Assembly: GCA_038087875.1 (NCBI GenBank)
Contig: JAXLNO010005102.1
Span: 124,001 to 188,000 of the forward strand
Source: Malacoraja senta
Lineage: Eukaryota
Reading direction: 5' to 3'
Length of the DNA: 64,000 nucleotides
Every line of letters begins with the position of its first letter. Position 1 is the stretch's first letter. Of the stretch, positions 62,698 through 64,000 are shown one piece after another. The notes beneath the pieces are model-generated. The model ran no database searches. It saw only the letters and a list, made by a program, of their open reading frames with translations, and was not told the origin of the DNA. Both the position numbers and the translations under genes were made by a program.

Positions 62698-63768
62698 TCA
62701 TTGTAGGTGACTTAGTGTTGCGGGATAAATCAAGCCATATCTCAAATCAGGTATGTTCCTCAGTATTCTTTTTGTCTCTGTAAACAGCGCTCTCTTCTTA
62801 AAGACCTCCGCTGGATAGTCTCGATAGATGCTGATCCTCTCTCCTTCAAAAGTGAGCTCTCTGTTACGGACAATTTTCTTCATCATATCATCCAATTCGT
62901 GATTGTCTTGTACCTTTATTATCAGTTGTCTTGGGTGAGCATCATCTCGTGGACAACGCCCCTGCGCTCTATGTGCTCGACCTAGTAAAGGCTTTTGATC
63001 CAACTTTAAGGCTTTTTGTAATAAGTCTGCCGCAAAATCCCGAGGGTCACGACCCTTCTCTCTTCCTTCTTTGACACCTACAATTCTTAAGTTCTGGCGT
63101 CTCTGACGCCCCTCCAAATCAGTACACTTTTCATTTAACTTACTCAGCATTTCTGAAAGGCGCTGATTCTCGATAAGGAGTCGTTTTGTAGTTTCCGCAC
63201 TTGTCGCAGCGCATTTCTCTAGCTCGGTTATTGCTGCATTTTGTTGATCCAATATCTGATTGATGGTGTCCGACTTATCATTAAGGCTCGTTTCCATCGA
63301 ATTGAGCTTAACGTTCACCTCTTCCATCTGATCATTGAGACTTTCTTCCATAGTCTGCTTCCAAGCATCCAGTATGTAATGAACAGTGTTAATCATTTCT
63401 TCTGTAAATTCTTCCTTAAAAGAGTTGAATTCCTCTTTAAAGTTCAATCTTTCATTGAAAGCCTTCAGCTGCTCTTGTAAATTTTTAATTTCTAGGGAGA
63501 GAAAACTTCGAAGTTCTTCCACTTCCGATTTTTTTTGCTTTGGCTTCTTCGATATGTCTTCCTGGGACATCGTTGTAACTGAGGCCGAAGCCTCAGTTGG
63601 GCCTACCTCTTCCGCCGGTTGCCTGGTCCTACCGGACCTTTTTGTCCTGGGGGGGGGTATGTTGCATCGACATACCGCTAAAGTCGCGCGCCTGATGACG
63701 TCACTCGCTCGTTGCAGGCAGCCGTTCAAGTCGCAATCGCCACAGGTAAGTCCCGATTTTTCTCCCAT
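62698..63768 (-). pseudogene. L1 ORF1 (coiled coil + RRM/CTD), frameshifted near the C-terminus
   Basis: DLEGRQRRQNLRIVGVKE, RAHR, IYRDY and GLIYPA motifs; the true start codon is uncertain. Confidence 0.88.
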
Positions 63769-64000
63769 TTTAGGAAATACAGCACGGAGCTAGCTGACGC
63801 TGGGCTTTATGCCTCCACAGCGCCACCGGAAGATCACAATAGTGCTTTCTGATAATGGGTCTTTGATCTAAAATTTTCACTACATTTTTCTCTCCATATG
63901 TGCTGTCTGACCAGATCTTACTGTTTCAGCCCATTTTATCTCTTTGGATTAATTTTGGGAATAACATGGTTTAAAAAAAGAACAAGGCTGTTGCCTTACT

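Larger units (their letters stand above)
57644..63835 (-). mobile_element. Full-length (about 6.2 kb) L1-clade LINE with 15-bp TSD
   Basis: ACAATAGTGCTTTCT at 57629-57643 and 63836-63850; 5' end GATCTTCCGGTGGCG; AATAAA plus short poly(A); ORF1 and fragmented ORF2. Confidence 0.93.

Noticed and set aside
30500-64000. Search for exons of a neighbouring gene (TMEM106B is adjacent to VWDE in human) on the minus strand
   Set aside because: No recognisable exon found by eye; short exons could have been missed.

Overview
This is eukaryotic (vertebrate) genomic DNA. It is very probably from a cartilaginous fish such as a skate or ray, inferred from HE1-like SINEs, CR1/HER1-like LINEs and the overall repeat spectrum. 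The only host gene I can support is the 3' end of VWDE on the + strand: seven EGF-like exons (six of 96 bp, one of 98 bp) between 1785 and 18838, with the last coding exon uncertain. The rest is intron or intergenic DNA densely filled with transposable elements. Retroelements: a young CR1 with intact ORF2 and partial esterase ORF1, many CR1 3' fragments, Rex1/Babar-like and Penelope fragments, a full-length but decayed L1 with a 15-bp TSD, two solo LTRs and tRNA-derived SINEs. DNA elements: two Passport-like Tc1 copies, three PIF/Harbinger MITEs, an Academ-like and a MULE-like non-autonomous element, and a non-autonomous Helitron carrying a 48-bp satellite. The most interesting observations are: (1) two identical 22-bp hairpins, each flanked by its own 8-bp duplication, which may be P-element-type excision footprints or minimal elements; (2) a U_UUA_AAC slippery site at the CR1 ORF1 stop that would fuse ORF1 to an ORF2 lacking an upstream AUG; (3) minimal hammerhead-ribozyme motifs in Penelope-derived mini-elements; (4) three GC-rich non-coding retroposons sharing a covarying stem-loop but with different 3' tails; (5) a Helitron-borne satellite with a 288-bp higher-order repeat. 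All family assignments come from motif recognition and memory; no database search was run.
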